Shown here piece by piece: positions 46,301 to 56,900 of a stretch of 64,000 nt of DNA; the first letter of the stretch is position 1; each line of letters opens with the position of its first letter. A program made the translations under genes and the position numbers. The stretch is taken from NCBI GenBank assembly GCA_965649825.1, contig OZ287694.1, positions 1,859,197 through 1,923,196 on the forward strand. Reading direction: 5' to 3'. This DNA is from Penicillus capitatus (Eukaryota; Plantae; Chlorophyta). The notes under the pieces were generated by a model. It made no database searches and was not told the origin of the DNA. It saw only the letters and a list, made by a program, of their open reading frames with translations.

Positions 46301-48667
46301 CATCTGTTCGAATGATGTTTCTCGTTTTTCTCAAACAAATCGATCGTTTTAGAGATTCTTTGTGCGCTCAAGCCGATTGACTTTTCCTGGAAGCTAAAGT
46401 TCATAGGAACTCGGAAAGAAGTATCGTTTGGCCGCGAAACAATAGTTCATCCCCATTCTTCTCTACGTATCCTTCCTACTGCGTTCACAAAAATGCGGAG
46501 TTCAGGTTTCGCAAGCAGGAACGTTACACACCATACGGATCCCCGCCATCCGTTTCCTCTACCCAGTTTTTGTTTATCTGCCGTGATGAATCGCGTGGTA
46601 AAGTACGTACTAGGAAAATACATCAGAAAGAAGGAGGAAGCTCTTCAGAGTGATCCAAAGCAAGTGACGAGACATTGACGAGTCACTTGTCGACGAGGTT
46701 TTCTTGTGCATTCCCAGCAGAGACTATCTGCAGTCTAGTCAACTGATCGGTCGAAGGCGGTGATGCTGTCGAGCAGCGCTCTTAGGAGACATCAAGACCG
46801 GACTGGTATTCCTAGGGCTTCGACAACGGAACAGTATATAGCTGACCAAATGTCTTCCAAGCAAACGGCGTCAGTACAACCCGTGTCCACTAACATGACG
46901 AAGATGACGTCTGCGTCAATCACAAGTCGACTGTCAAGAACACATCGATGCTCATCACGTTTGAAATCGCCTGTGAGCACAAGGAAACGAAGAGAGAATC
47001 TCAACGCAGCGTCTCACGCGCCAATCAATGCCTGGGTGACAAAAAATGATGATGACGATGGTCTTGATACGTGGTCTGGACGAAGCGACAGAACTGCTGA
47101 CACTGCTTGCAAGCGAATCTGGAGAAGCTAGGGTGGGACAAGACCCAGATGATGGAGTTCTGATCAACGTGCTGCTCACGACTGTCGACATCGCATGCAG
47201 AAACGGCATCAAGTGTGCGATGGTGTTATCCCTTGGGTCTCTTTGTTTCTCTGTTCAACGATATCCCCCTGTTGGCAGTAGCTCTGAACTGCTGGTGTGT
47301 GATCTGTCTCACTAGAGACGGCGGTTATGTTTTTTTTTGTGCATCGGTGTTTTGGCTGCCGTATTTCGAAATTCTGCCTGTATTGGGAATTTCTGTCTCT
47401 TTAGCTGTATCATGGGCTCAATGTACGATGAAGAGTTCGTGTGATTTTGTATAAAGGTTCACTCACCATCCCCTCAACGATGCATGCACCCGTGTATTGT
47501 TTTTCGTTTCTCAAAGGTTTCGAAAACTGTGTGATGGTTTGTGTGGGAACGATTCGAATGTCTGCTAGAGAGGTCATTGTTTCTGGAACGCTGTATGAAT
47601 CTCGTTCGTCGTTTCTGACCCATTGTCTGGCAGTGTCTCATGACACAAACGTTGCGTATTCTCTTCCGTGTCATCAGAAGGTGTCGTTCAGTCGCACAGA
47701 ACAACGGAGACCCAGAGATACACTCAATCACTCATGGGGAGGGGTTCGATGAAGCATGACATCGCGAAGCCGCATATGCGTGCATCTCATTCACTTTCAG
47801 AACGACGAGATTTGCTGTCTGTCTTACAGGAGCTGGATTGCAGTGACTGGACGACACATAGGAGTCCATATCTGTTCATAGGATCGATGGCCCGATTCCA
47901 CTTGAAGATGCAGTCATGATGTGACTGGCTGACCCCAGGATGCTTCTTCTTTTGACTTCTATTACTGGAGTGCTTCCTCTTCTCGACAGATCCCGCAATG
48001 CCATTGGATCGGAACGTCGTTCTTTGCTTGACTGGGCATCGAACCAGGCGCAGATGTGTGACTTCTGTCTCTGTTGAGCTCAGTAACGATGGGTGATTTT
48101 CTTCGACGTACTAGATAGAGCCTTCGGATCTTCATTCGCGCCTACTTCATAATGAGCTGCAAGACAGTTTACGTACTCCAAGATCGGCCTGAGCTGTGTG
48201 ACACTTGGCATGGAACTAGCAATCAGTCTTGTCGTTACCAATACTCGATCCATTTTGAGAGCATTTAGACGTAACGTTGATGCTGCATTAAATGGCAATG
48301 GCGCAGCCGCGTGACGAAGTGCGTGGTCGGTTCCCGAAAACAGTGATAGTGTGTCCGTAGACACATTTTCAACCTATCTTAAGCACCATTTGAGCTTCTT
48401 TTTTTCGCGACCGTTTTGCGACGAGTTCAGGATTTTCAACCGCTGAAAACGCTTTAAGCGAAAGAAACAACGAGCTGCTGCTGCCTTCGTCGTCGCAGTT
48501 GTTCGGACCGAGTCGGGGGATGATGCCGCTGCAGACAACGCAAGCTGCAACCGCAGGTGCATTAAACCCACTCATGACTTCTTTGTCTTTCGACCGAAGA
48601 ATGGACGACGACGCGTTGCTCTAGGACAAAGTAGCGGTTCGTCAAACGACCCTCGGCGATGCGTTAT

Positions 48668-49007
48668 TGTTGGGAATCGAATGTAAGAGTGGTTCAGACG
48701 ATAGTCGAGTCCTTGCGCGTTGAGACGACGGAAACGCAATCAGATTTGATGCGATACGAACAGGAGTGTTTACAGGGTGAAATGTCGACCTTATATACCC
48801 AGGGTGGTTATGGACTTCCTAACCTTACGTCCTAACAGCTGCGAACTCCTAGTGCATGCAGCATAACCACACCCCTTACGTTATGGGGAAGTTAGGTCGA
48901 GAGCCGACATCCGTCGCGACCGATGGTCGGCGCGCCTGGATGGTTATGTGACGGCTCCACCGCTTCCGGTGGTTACACAGATGACAGTTAAGGGTTCATT
49001 TCCTACA
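48668..49007 (-). repeat. 3' LTR (340 bp)
   Basis: Matches 53599-53938; preceded on minus by the polypurine tract at ~49012-49020. Confidence 0.97.
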
Positions 49008-49113
49008 GTGACTCCTCCTCACTTAACACGTCACGTCCCGACGTTTAAGTGACAGAATGAACGAAAACACACAAGTCAGGTAAGAGGTAGAACCATTGAG
49101 CGTCATGAGAACT

Positions 49114-52100
49114 TTATTGAGGAGCGATCCACGGCTTCACGCAGAACTGCGGTACTCTCTTCATGCGGCCATCGACCAGAACTCTGCAAGCTCCTTGATT
49201 ACCCCACCACGTCACGACACCTTTCTCGAACGCTGCTTCGAGTTTCCCGTGGTCTTCAAGTCGATAGACGCGGACCTCTTTCCCAAGCTCGATGCGTGGG
49301 ATCGCGGCTTCTGCAGTCCAGGACTCGCGGATCTTCTTCGCAGAGTCACGAAAACGCTCGCGACAAAGCGCAAGATCGGTCAGACGGTCTGCAAGGGCGG
49401 TCTGCAAGGGCTCTGCATCCCCTTTGCTCTCGCCGGCTAACAGATTCACTTCAGTGCGGCTTTTCGGCACGACCCCTGTGAGAAGTTCGAGTGGCGACAG
49501 GAACTTGCCTCGTCGTGCGTTCACAGCAAACGTCGCAGCCGGGAGGTTCTCGTCCCAGCTTCTCGGATTCTGGCACTTCCTCAGGCGGTCAAGGACGAGG
49601 CGCTGTACGTTCTCGACTTTGCCATGGCTGCGGGGGTATCGTGGCGTCGACCATCGATGCTCGATCCCGAGATTCTTCACCGTCTCACTAAAAACACCTT
49701 GGAACTCCGTCCCGTTGTCCGTCAGGATTCTCTGCGGCACGCCCCAAGCGCAAACGACTTTATTGATAAGGAACTTGAGGGTCTTCGCAGCTCCCAAGGA
49801 CGTCAATGCATCTGTTATTACGAATCCTGTGAAGCAGTCGATCGCCGTGACGAATCCTACTGCCTTCCTCGGCGTCGCCGGCAAGCCGACGACCGTGTCC
49901 AACTCGACCAGCTCCCATGGTTCTTCGATGGCAATGGGGATAGTGCTACGGATGGGGGGCTTGGAACCGAATAACTGGCAGGTTTGGCAGGTCTTCACGA
50001 GATCTTGTACTTGCTTGCGCATCTGCGGAAACCAATATCTTTGCCTTACTCGTTGTAACGTTATTTCGGCAGAAAAGTGTCCGACGCAGTGTTCTTCACC
50101 GACGACTGCGCGGACTTGGTTCGGCAGCAGACAAATCTTGCGCCGTCCATCTAAGTCTTCAAAGAAAAGATTGCGCTCACCCCACCGAAATCGACTGTCC
50201 TGTTCGTTGACCGAGGGGAGGATTTCTGCGTACTCGCGGTAGGCTTGGAAAGCGGAAGCAACGTCTTCGGCCACGAGCGCTGGACATTCATCGCATTCTT
50301 CTTCTTTATTGACTGGTCGAGGTTCCGAATCTTCATCGACCAGGCGACTCAGTCCATCAGCGTTGCGATGTCTCTCTCCGGGCCTCGTCACATAATGGAC
50401 GTCGTACTCGGACAAGATGAGCTTCCAACGGGCAATACGACCCGTCAGGTCTGTTTTGCGCAGCATATGTGACAATGCTGCATGGTCGGTTCGAGCGACC
50501 ACCTTGCGTCCTAAGACATAGACGCGAAATTTCTTGAGCCCGGCAACCAATGCCAATCCTTCTCGCTCGGTGGCTGAGTATCGTGTCTCAGCATCCTTTA
50601 GGAGTCTGGAGTAGAAGTAGATCGGACGCTCTTCACCGTCTTGCTCCTGTGACAAAACGGCCCCGATTCCGTAAGAGCTGGCATCCGTGTCGACGAGAAA
50701 GGGCAGGTCTTCGTTGACCGCCGCCAAAACCGCTCCGTCGACAAGGAGCTTCTTCAACTCCTCCAGTGCCTTCTGGGCGTCGGGAGTCCACAAGAAGTCT
50801 CGTCGTGTCGAAAGGAGACTTGACATCGGCGCACTTACGCCCGCGAAGTTCTTCAGGAAGCGGCGATAATAGGAGAACATGCCGTAAAGAGATTGCAGTT
50901 GTTTTCTGTCCGTCGGCGAGGGCATCCTTGCGATTTTCTCAACTTTCGCTTCATCCATTCTCATCCCTTCTGGGCACAGCCGGTGGCCAAGGAAGTCGAC
51001 TTCTCGATAGCCAATAAAGCACTTCTTCGGTTTCAGGCGGAGCCCTCCATTGCGACAGCGCTGAAACACACGCCGCAAGTCTTCAATGATCCCGGTTTCG
51101 TCTTGGTGTGCACAACAGACGTCGTCGATGAAGACGCCGACTCGGTCCAATCCGCCATAGACTTGCTCGACCAAGCGCGAGTAGGCAGCCGGACCGTTCG
51201 TCACTCCAAAGGGGAGGACAAGCCAGCAATAGACACCGAAGCTTGTGGCGAAGGCCGTCTTTAGTACGGATTCAGGATGCAGACCAAGGGAATAATATCC
51301 ACTGAATCCGTCGAGGGCCGAGTACCACGCGTGACCCATGACGCGGTCCAGCAGGTCGTCCGCCCGTGGCAGCACGAACTTGTCTGGAATGGTGGCGTCG
51401 TTGAGGCGCTGGTACGCACAACAGAATCGAAAGGTACCGTCTTTCTTTGGGGCGATGGTGATCGGCGACAACCAACGATCCTTGCGTTTTGGGCAACCAT
51501 ATTTTCTCGCGGCCTCTTCCCACGGGATGATTAGCTTGGCTTCAAGCAGCTCGTCGATTTGTGCCTTGACGAACTCAGTTTCTTTTGGCGCCAGGCGTCG
51601 CGTCCGGCCACAGCGCTTCGCGACTTCTCCTTGACGCAACTCGATTTCAAATTGCATGAGCGGTGTTCTGACCATGTCTTGAAAGGTTAGTGCAAAGCAG
51701 TCTACGTATTCACTGACGAGAGAGCGGATATCCGAAAGCACCTCAGGCTTCAATTTCGGGTTGACGTGCAATTCGCCAAGCACTTGGTCACTCAGTGCAA
51801 GGAAGCATTCGTCCTCGTCCTCACTCTCGCTATCGCTGGCGAGGGCTTGCATTTGCTCGATCAACTCCTCCAGTGCAGCGGCCATATCGGATTCGCTGCT
51901 GGCATCGGAGGTATCGTCTTCAACAGCTGCGGGTTGCTTTTTCGCGAAAAACAGTTTGCGCCACTTCGGCACGACCGTAATGCGCTTCTTCACTCCGAAG
52001 GTATATGTTCCTTCTTCGAAGTCGGCTCGGCTGCGGACGGTGCGCAGCCAGTCCGTACCGAGAAGAATGTCATATGAATTCTTCGTCGGCAGGACACTGA

Positions 52101-53544
52101 AAGCTTGATGTATCCAAACACCGCCCACTTCGACGCGAACTTCGTCAGTGCGTCCTAGCGGCTTCTGGACAGAACCATCCGCAAGCAGTAACGTTCCTTG
52201 GCTGGGCGTAGTGTGCCTGATGCGGAATTGACGGGCGAATTCCGCATCCATTATGGAGTTCGAGGAGCCAGGGTCTACAATCACCTTGGGCACGAACTGC
52301 CCTGCGACGAATACCTTGCATCGCTCGAGCCAGTCCCTGCCGCCTCGTTTCTGTGCGAGGGTGGCTTGGTACGGCTGCGGTCCTTGCGGTTGTTGAGCTG
52401 CCGGTTCCATATATACGTCGGTCTGCTGCGGTGGTGCTGAGGCAGAAGGCTCATCCTCGCCCTTCTTCTTTTTAGGCTTTGGAGTGAAACCGAACGCGTC
52501 TCTTAGCGCCAGTATCACTTGGGAGTAGACTTCACGTTTGCTGCGTCCTTTCAGGAAACGCAGCGGAATGGCCCATGCTTGAGCAGCGTAATCCGCCCAC
52601 TCACGGTCGAGCTCGGGCTTCTTACGCGGTTTCCGCGCTTTTTTCCCAGCCGCACCTCGGCGTCGCTTACTGGGTTGCTGCTCATCTTCATCCGCCATTC
52701 TGGCGGTTGCTTCAGCCCTCTCGTTGTCTTCACCCTCGGACACAGACTCAACGAAGCGAGACGCGTTGCATTCCGCGCGTCTTGCGCGTCGCTTTTCCTG
52801 CCTCTTTGCAAGCAGGCCTGTCAGTCCGGAGATGAGTTGACGGAGTTCTTCGTCTTCGGAGTCATCCGCCGCCGGTTCCTCAGCCACGATGGTTGTGGTT
52901 CTTCGCCCTGTCTTCGCAAGGCGACGAGCTCCGTTCTCCTTGAGGACCGTCGGATGGTTACGATTTTCATGTTGGGGTTCAGGTTCGTCTTCCTCTTCGT
53001 CAGTCTCCTCGTACCCTCGGACATTCTTGCGCGCCTCCGTCGCGTACTTCGCATAGCGAACGGCATATTCGTAGGTTGGCGCGTTGTTGCTTGCAGCAAG
53101 TCGAGTGAATGCGTATTCTGCCGCGCGGTCATTCCGGAGGCCTCTCAGCCAGTACTTGTAGTAATCGTCTGGGTCGACAGCAGGCTGAGCTCTAGAACAC
53201 ATCAAGGCGAAGCGCTCAGCGTACGCGATCAAGGATTCTCGTCGCTTCTGGAAGATGTGTCTGAGCTGGTCTCTGGCGCGGTCAGGGTCCTGGTCGCGAA
53301 CAAAACGGTCGATCACCAGCTGACTCCAATCGGCCCAGTCGATATTCAGATGGGCGTCGGCGTCATGGTGCAGTTCCGCCCAATCCGCGGCTGGTCCGTC
53401 AAGCAAGGTGACGGCGATTTCGGCTCGCGTCCCGGGCTGGTCCTCTATTTGCTGCAGGCGGAAGAGCGAGGTCATCTTGCTGACCCATCTCCTAGGGTCA
53501 GTGCGTCCATCGTAACGCGGGAAGGCAATCGACTCAATGCGCAT
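49114..53544 (-). CDS. gag-pol: Gag-Pol polyprotein, single ORF, 1476 aa
   Basis: Gag FPRYDGRTDPRRW; protease IVDPGSS; RT LDGFSGYY and FIDD; RNase H DTDASSYGIGAVL and TDHAAL; integrase H-x3-H...CxxC and D..D..E (LDTV, TDNGTEF, GKVEN). Confidence 0.96.
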   Translation of the reverse strand: MRIESIAFPRYDGRTDPRRWVSKMTSLFRLQQIEDQPGTRAEIAVTLLDGPAADWAELHHDADAHLNIDWADWSQLVIDRFVRDQDPDRARDQLRHIFQKRRESLIAYAERFALMCSRAQPAVDPDDYYKYWLRGLRNDRAAEYAFTRLAASNNAPTYEYAVRYAKYATEARKNVRGYEETDEEEDEPEPQHENRNHPTVLKENGARRLAKTGRRTTTIVAEEPAADDSEDEELRQLISGLTGLLAKRQEKRRARRAECNASRFVESVSEGEDNERAEATARMADEDEQQPSKRRRGAAGKKARKPRKKPELDREWADYAAQAWAIPLRFLKGRSKREVYSQVILALRDAFGFTPKPKKKKGEDEPSASAPPQQTDVYMEPAAQQPQGPQPYQATLAQKRGGRDWLERCKVFVAGQFVPKVIVDPGSSNSIMDAEFARQFRIRHTTPSQGTLLLADGSVQKPLGRTDEVRVEVGGVWIHQAFSVLPTKNSYDILLGTDWLRTVRSRADFEEGTYTFGVKKRITVVPKWRKLFFAKKQPAAVEDDTSDASSESDMAAALEELIEQMQALASDSESEDEDECFLALSDQVLGELHVNPKLKPEVLSDIRSLVSEYVDCFALTFQDMVRTPLMQFEIELRQGEVAKRCGRTRRLAPKETEFVKAQIDELLEAKLIIPWEEAARKYGCPKRKDRWLSPITIAPKKDGTFRFCCAYQRLNDATIPDKFVLPRADDLLDRVMGHAWYSALDGFSGYYSLGLHPESVLKTAFATSFGVYCWLVLPFGVTNGPAAYSRLVEQVYGGLDRVGVFIDDVCCAHQDETGIIEDLRRVFQRCRNGGLRLKPKKCFIGYREVDFLGHRLCPEGMRMDEAKVEKIARMPSPTDRKQLQSLYGMFSYYRRFLKNFAGVSAPMSSLLSTRRDFLWTPDAQKALEELKKLLVDGAVLAAVNEDLPFLVDTDASSYGIGAVLSQEQDGEERPIYFYSRLLKDAETRYSATEREGLALVAGLKKFRVYVLGRKVVARTDHAALSHMLRKTDLTGRIARWKLILSEYDVHYVTRPGERHRNADGLSRLVDEDSEPRPVNKEEECDECPALVAEDVASAFQAYREYAEILPSVNEQDSRFRWGERNLFFEDLDGRRKICLLPNQVRAVVGEEHCVGHFSAEITLQRVRQRYWFPQMRKQVQDLVKTCQTCQLFGSKPPIRSTIPIAIEEPWELVELDTVVGLPATPRKAVGFVTAIDCFTGFVITDALTSLGAAKTLKFLINKVVCAWGVPQRILTDNGTEFQGVFSETVKNLGIEHRWSTPRYPRSHGKVENVQRLVLDRLRKCQNPRSWDENLPAATFAVNARRGKFLSPLELLTGVVPKSRTEVNLLAGESKGDAEPLQTALADRLTDLALCRERFRDSAKKIRESWTAEAAIPRIELGKEVRVYRLEDHGKLEAAFEKGVVTWWGNQGACRVLVDGRMKRVPQFCVKPWIAPQ

Positions 53545-53580
53545 GGCTTGTCAGAGATGATAGAAAACGCTCGACAGTTG

Positions 53581-53596
53581 CCCCGGAGGTCCACCA
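53581..53596 (-). other. tRNA primer-binding site
   Basis: TGGTGGACCTCCGGGG lies 2 nt inside the 5' LTR. Its complement ends ...GAGGUCC-A-CCA (U70, A73), compatible with tRNA-Ala (inference). Confidence 0.8.
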
Positions 53597-53598
53597 GA

Positions 53599-53938
53599 TG
53601 TTGGGAATCGAATGTAAGAGTGGTTCAGACGATAGTCGAGTCCTTGCGCGTTGAGACGACGGAAACGCAATCAGATTTGATGCGATACGAACAGGAGTGT
53701 TTACAGGGTGAAATGTCGACCTTATATACCCAGGGTGGTTATGGACTTCCTAACCTTACGTCCTAACAGCTGCGAACTCCTAGTGCATGCAGCATAACCA
53801 CACCCCTTACGTTATGGGGAAGTTAGGTCGAGAGCCGACATCCGTCGCGACCGATGGTCGGCGCGCCTGGATGGTTATGTGACGGCTCCACCGCTTCCGG
53901 TGGTTACACAGATGACAGTTAAGGGTTCATTTCCTACA
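53599..53938 (-). repeat. 5' LTR (340 bp)
   Basis: Matches 48668-49007; followed on minus by the PBS. Confidence 0.97.
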
Positions 53939-56900
53939 GTTATTCAACCGCCGTTAGAATGGAAGCCGGAAGACGTAGACCGGTGAGCAGCATTGCGCGT
54001 TTCGACCTACCTTTCACTGCTCATTCTGATTAACGGACAGGTTCGTCTCCGAGCATGGAACCCGTGTTATTGATGCCAAGGACGAGTGCGGATTGCCTAT
54101 TTACTGGGATGCCATTCTGAAAGGGCAATACGACTGCGCAAACATGCTGATCGGTTACGCAAAGAACAACGGAATTGCCGTGACATTTCGAGAAGAGGAT
54201 GCAGATCTGCTGTTGTGGGCAATCGAGACAGATTTATACAACATTGTCAGATTCATTCTGGAAAAGCTCACGGAGAAATGCGCTTCTGTTGAAGAAACGA
54301 GCGATCTCCTAACGAGACATCTACTCACCATCGGCGAAAGATGTCCCGAAATGCTAGCTGATCTCCTCGAGAACGATAAGTTTACCATCGAGTATGCCAG
54401 ATTTCAAGTACCGAAGGCTGTTTTTGATAGCAACAGCAAGATTCCAAAAACCATGATCACAAGGACGATACCGGACAACTGGGCGGCGATGGATGGGGAA
54501 CAGGGAAAGGGTTTATGGATCGAGCGCTGGAGACAAGAGGCTCATTCATTGGGCACCACTTCAGATGCGCAGATGTGGGTCGTTGCTAAGGTTTTCTGCA
54601 TCAATTTTTCAGTACCTCGGAAAGAACAGAACGCATTGCTATCGTCTTTCCTGTGTATACTCGACCTCCCGAGCACCGAGGAGAAGCAGCGTCCTTGCGA
54701 ATACCTCTACGATCTGCGCTTTCCAGTGGAAGTTTTCGAATCTGAAACGATGGTGAATTTCATTGACCACTGGTTTCGAGTTTATCTCCCCATCTACCAA
54801 ATCATCATCATCCTGGATAGCGTAGCCACTTTAGCCTTTACAATCTTCTCCTTGACATTTGGACATCCAGACGAAATCGGAAATACAAGTTTTAGACTTT
54901 TGATGTGCCTGATATTCACTCCCACCATTCTAAAATCTTTTGGAGCGTATTACATCCGGTCTTTTCGAAGGTCAGCAACCACTCGCATGCTTCTTCTTCC
55001 GGCTATTTCTGAGATAGATGGGTGCAGGTTCAGTAGCTGGATGATTGACTTTACGTTGATGCTGCTAGCCCTTTACACTCACGAACATGATCATCTCATC
55101 AAACCTTGCGCCTTTCTGATGTCCCTCATGTGCATCCTTCAATGGATCTCGGTATTTACCAAATCAATTCTGCCTTCACTTAGTTTGTTCACGCACTCTA
55201 GATGTTTTTCTTGTTGCAGCCGTTTGAACAAATCGGGACGTTCGTCTCAATGATGACTTCAGCCGTCTTGAACTCCTGGCGTTTTTTGTTGTTAATTACT
55301 CTGTTCATTGTCGGGTATTCGTCAGCATTTGTGGCACTCTATAATAATGTGTCCATTGGAGATGACGAAGGAAACTTCGATTCTCTTTGGCATGCAATCC
55401 AAACCTTCATCTTCGCATGTCTTGGGAACTTCGAAGTAGAAGTACGTTCTCATTAACTTCCCCTGCTATGTCTTTGATGTTAAATCTGATGCTCATGTAG
55501 ATGTTTCGTTCCTCAAACAGCTTTTTTGCGATTTGGGCCACTCTGCTGTTTGTTTCATTCGTCTACATTTTGCCGATCATACTGATCAGTGTGCTGATCG
55601 CCATTGTGCAAGATATCTACGACAGAGTTCGATCGAAGGAGAAAGCAGAGCTGCGAAGACTCCGTCTACAGATTGTCTCCGGATTTCAATGTCTGAGTTT
55701 TGACAAAGAACACACATGGTAAGTCTTCGAAGCATCGTCGGAATCTAAAGCTCACTGTCATGTTTGATGGCGCTGCAGCAACCTTATTGCGCTTTTCCTT
55801 CGCTTTTTGTCAGGCCGTTTACGTCGACTCTTTCGCCCACTGCAACATACAAGGACGGCTGATGAAGTTATCGAGAATGAATTGAATGGACATTACTTCC
55901 ACTTTCTGGTTCCTGAAGTCAATGGACTAGAATCACATCACGACGAATGGCAGGGCAAACTGGTGGCAATGGAAAGAACCATAAAGTCAGAGGTCCAAAA
56001 GAATGAGAGAAGTTTGAAGGAGAAACTCGAACTACTGGAACGCAAGATAGATAAACTGACAACAATGTTTGAGGCTTGACAAGGAAACTACAGAAGACGA
56101 CAACCTCCAGGAGGAAAGCTTGAAGGTGTTATGCCAAAGGGAGAATGGACAAATGGAAACTGTAGTGGATTGAATCCTTCACAAATTGGATGCGATTGAT
56201 CTATCTTCCAATTGAACAGTATCGTGGCACATTTAAACGCACAGTGTTTAGCGTAAAGCTCCTTCAGGAGACTTCCATTTCTTAATTGCATAGAGCAAAC
56301 GTCGATTGCCATTTACTCTGAGCATTTTAGGAGTATCTTTTGTTGACACCACCAACCGCATCAGGTTTTTCTAAATGTGCGTGTGACGATGACCTATGTG
56401 TTGCCAATGAGTTTGATGAACGACAGAAATTGCTGTTGAACAATCAAATGTTTACAAGTCCATTGTTAATCGTCGAGAATGGGACAAATCTGTAAGCATT
56501 GGAGCACTTTGAGATTCGCTTTCTGGTTCTCCCATATAAGCTGACAGGCATGCTTGTTCCGATAGGCTGTAGGCCGGGTTGCCATACACCTCCAAAGGAC
56601 GGCTGGCGATATACTTTACCCGAGGGCGACGGCTGACTGGGAAAAAGATTTAGGTATCAATCCGTGCAGAGAGATATTCCGTTCTGTCGTTCGGCTGGAA
56701 ATATCGGCGGCCGTGAGGTGGTCAACTACTAAGTTTCGTCCATACCTCTCGATCGCTGATCTTTGCATCGTATTCACTTTATGTCTTACGGGATCCTGCT
56801 TTCCTCGGCAATGGGCTCTCTGTTGTTCGATTTTCTTTCTTCTTCCGTGTCAGGAAAGGACTGTCCTTTCCTAGCTTCTGTGCACAACACGATGCACCGA

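Larger units (their letters stand above)
48668..53938 (-). mobile_element. Full-length Ty3/gypsy LTR retrotransposon
   Basis: 340-bp LTRs (48668-49007, 53599-53938) with TG...CA ends, no differences seen; 5-bp TSD GTTAT (48663-48667, 53939-53943); PBS TGGTGGACCTCCGGGG; PPT GAGGAGGAG; domain order gag-PR-RT-RH-IN. Confidence 0.97.
48431..56079 (+). pseudogene. TRP-like channel B (paralog of A), interrupted by an LTR retrotransposon
   Basis: Removing the element rejoins exon 48625-48667 + 53944-53982 as GQSSGSSNDPRRCVIQPPLEWKPEDVDR, homologous to PPRNVVEPPLEWKSEDVNR in A. Downstream exons parallel A. The C-terminal coiled coil is frameshifted near 56065. Confidence 0.8.

Noticed and set aside
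46586-47750. Possible multi-exon membrane-protein gene
   Set aside because: The protein-like fragments could not be joined with consistent splice sites and no family was recognised.
49292-53766. Long plus-strand ORFs (49292..50242, 52519..53766) within the retrotransposon
   Set aside because: Antisense shadows of the GC-rich gag-pol frame, with no recognisable motifs.
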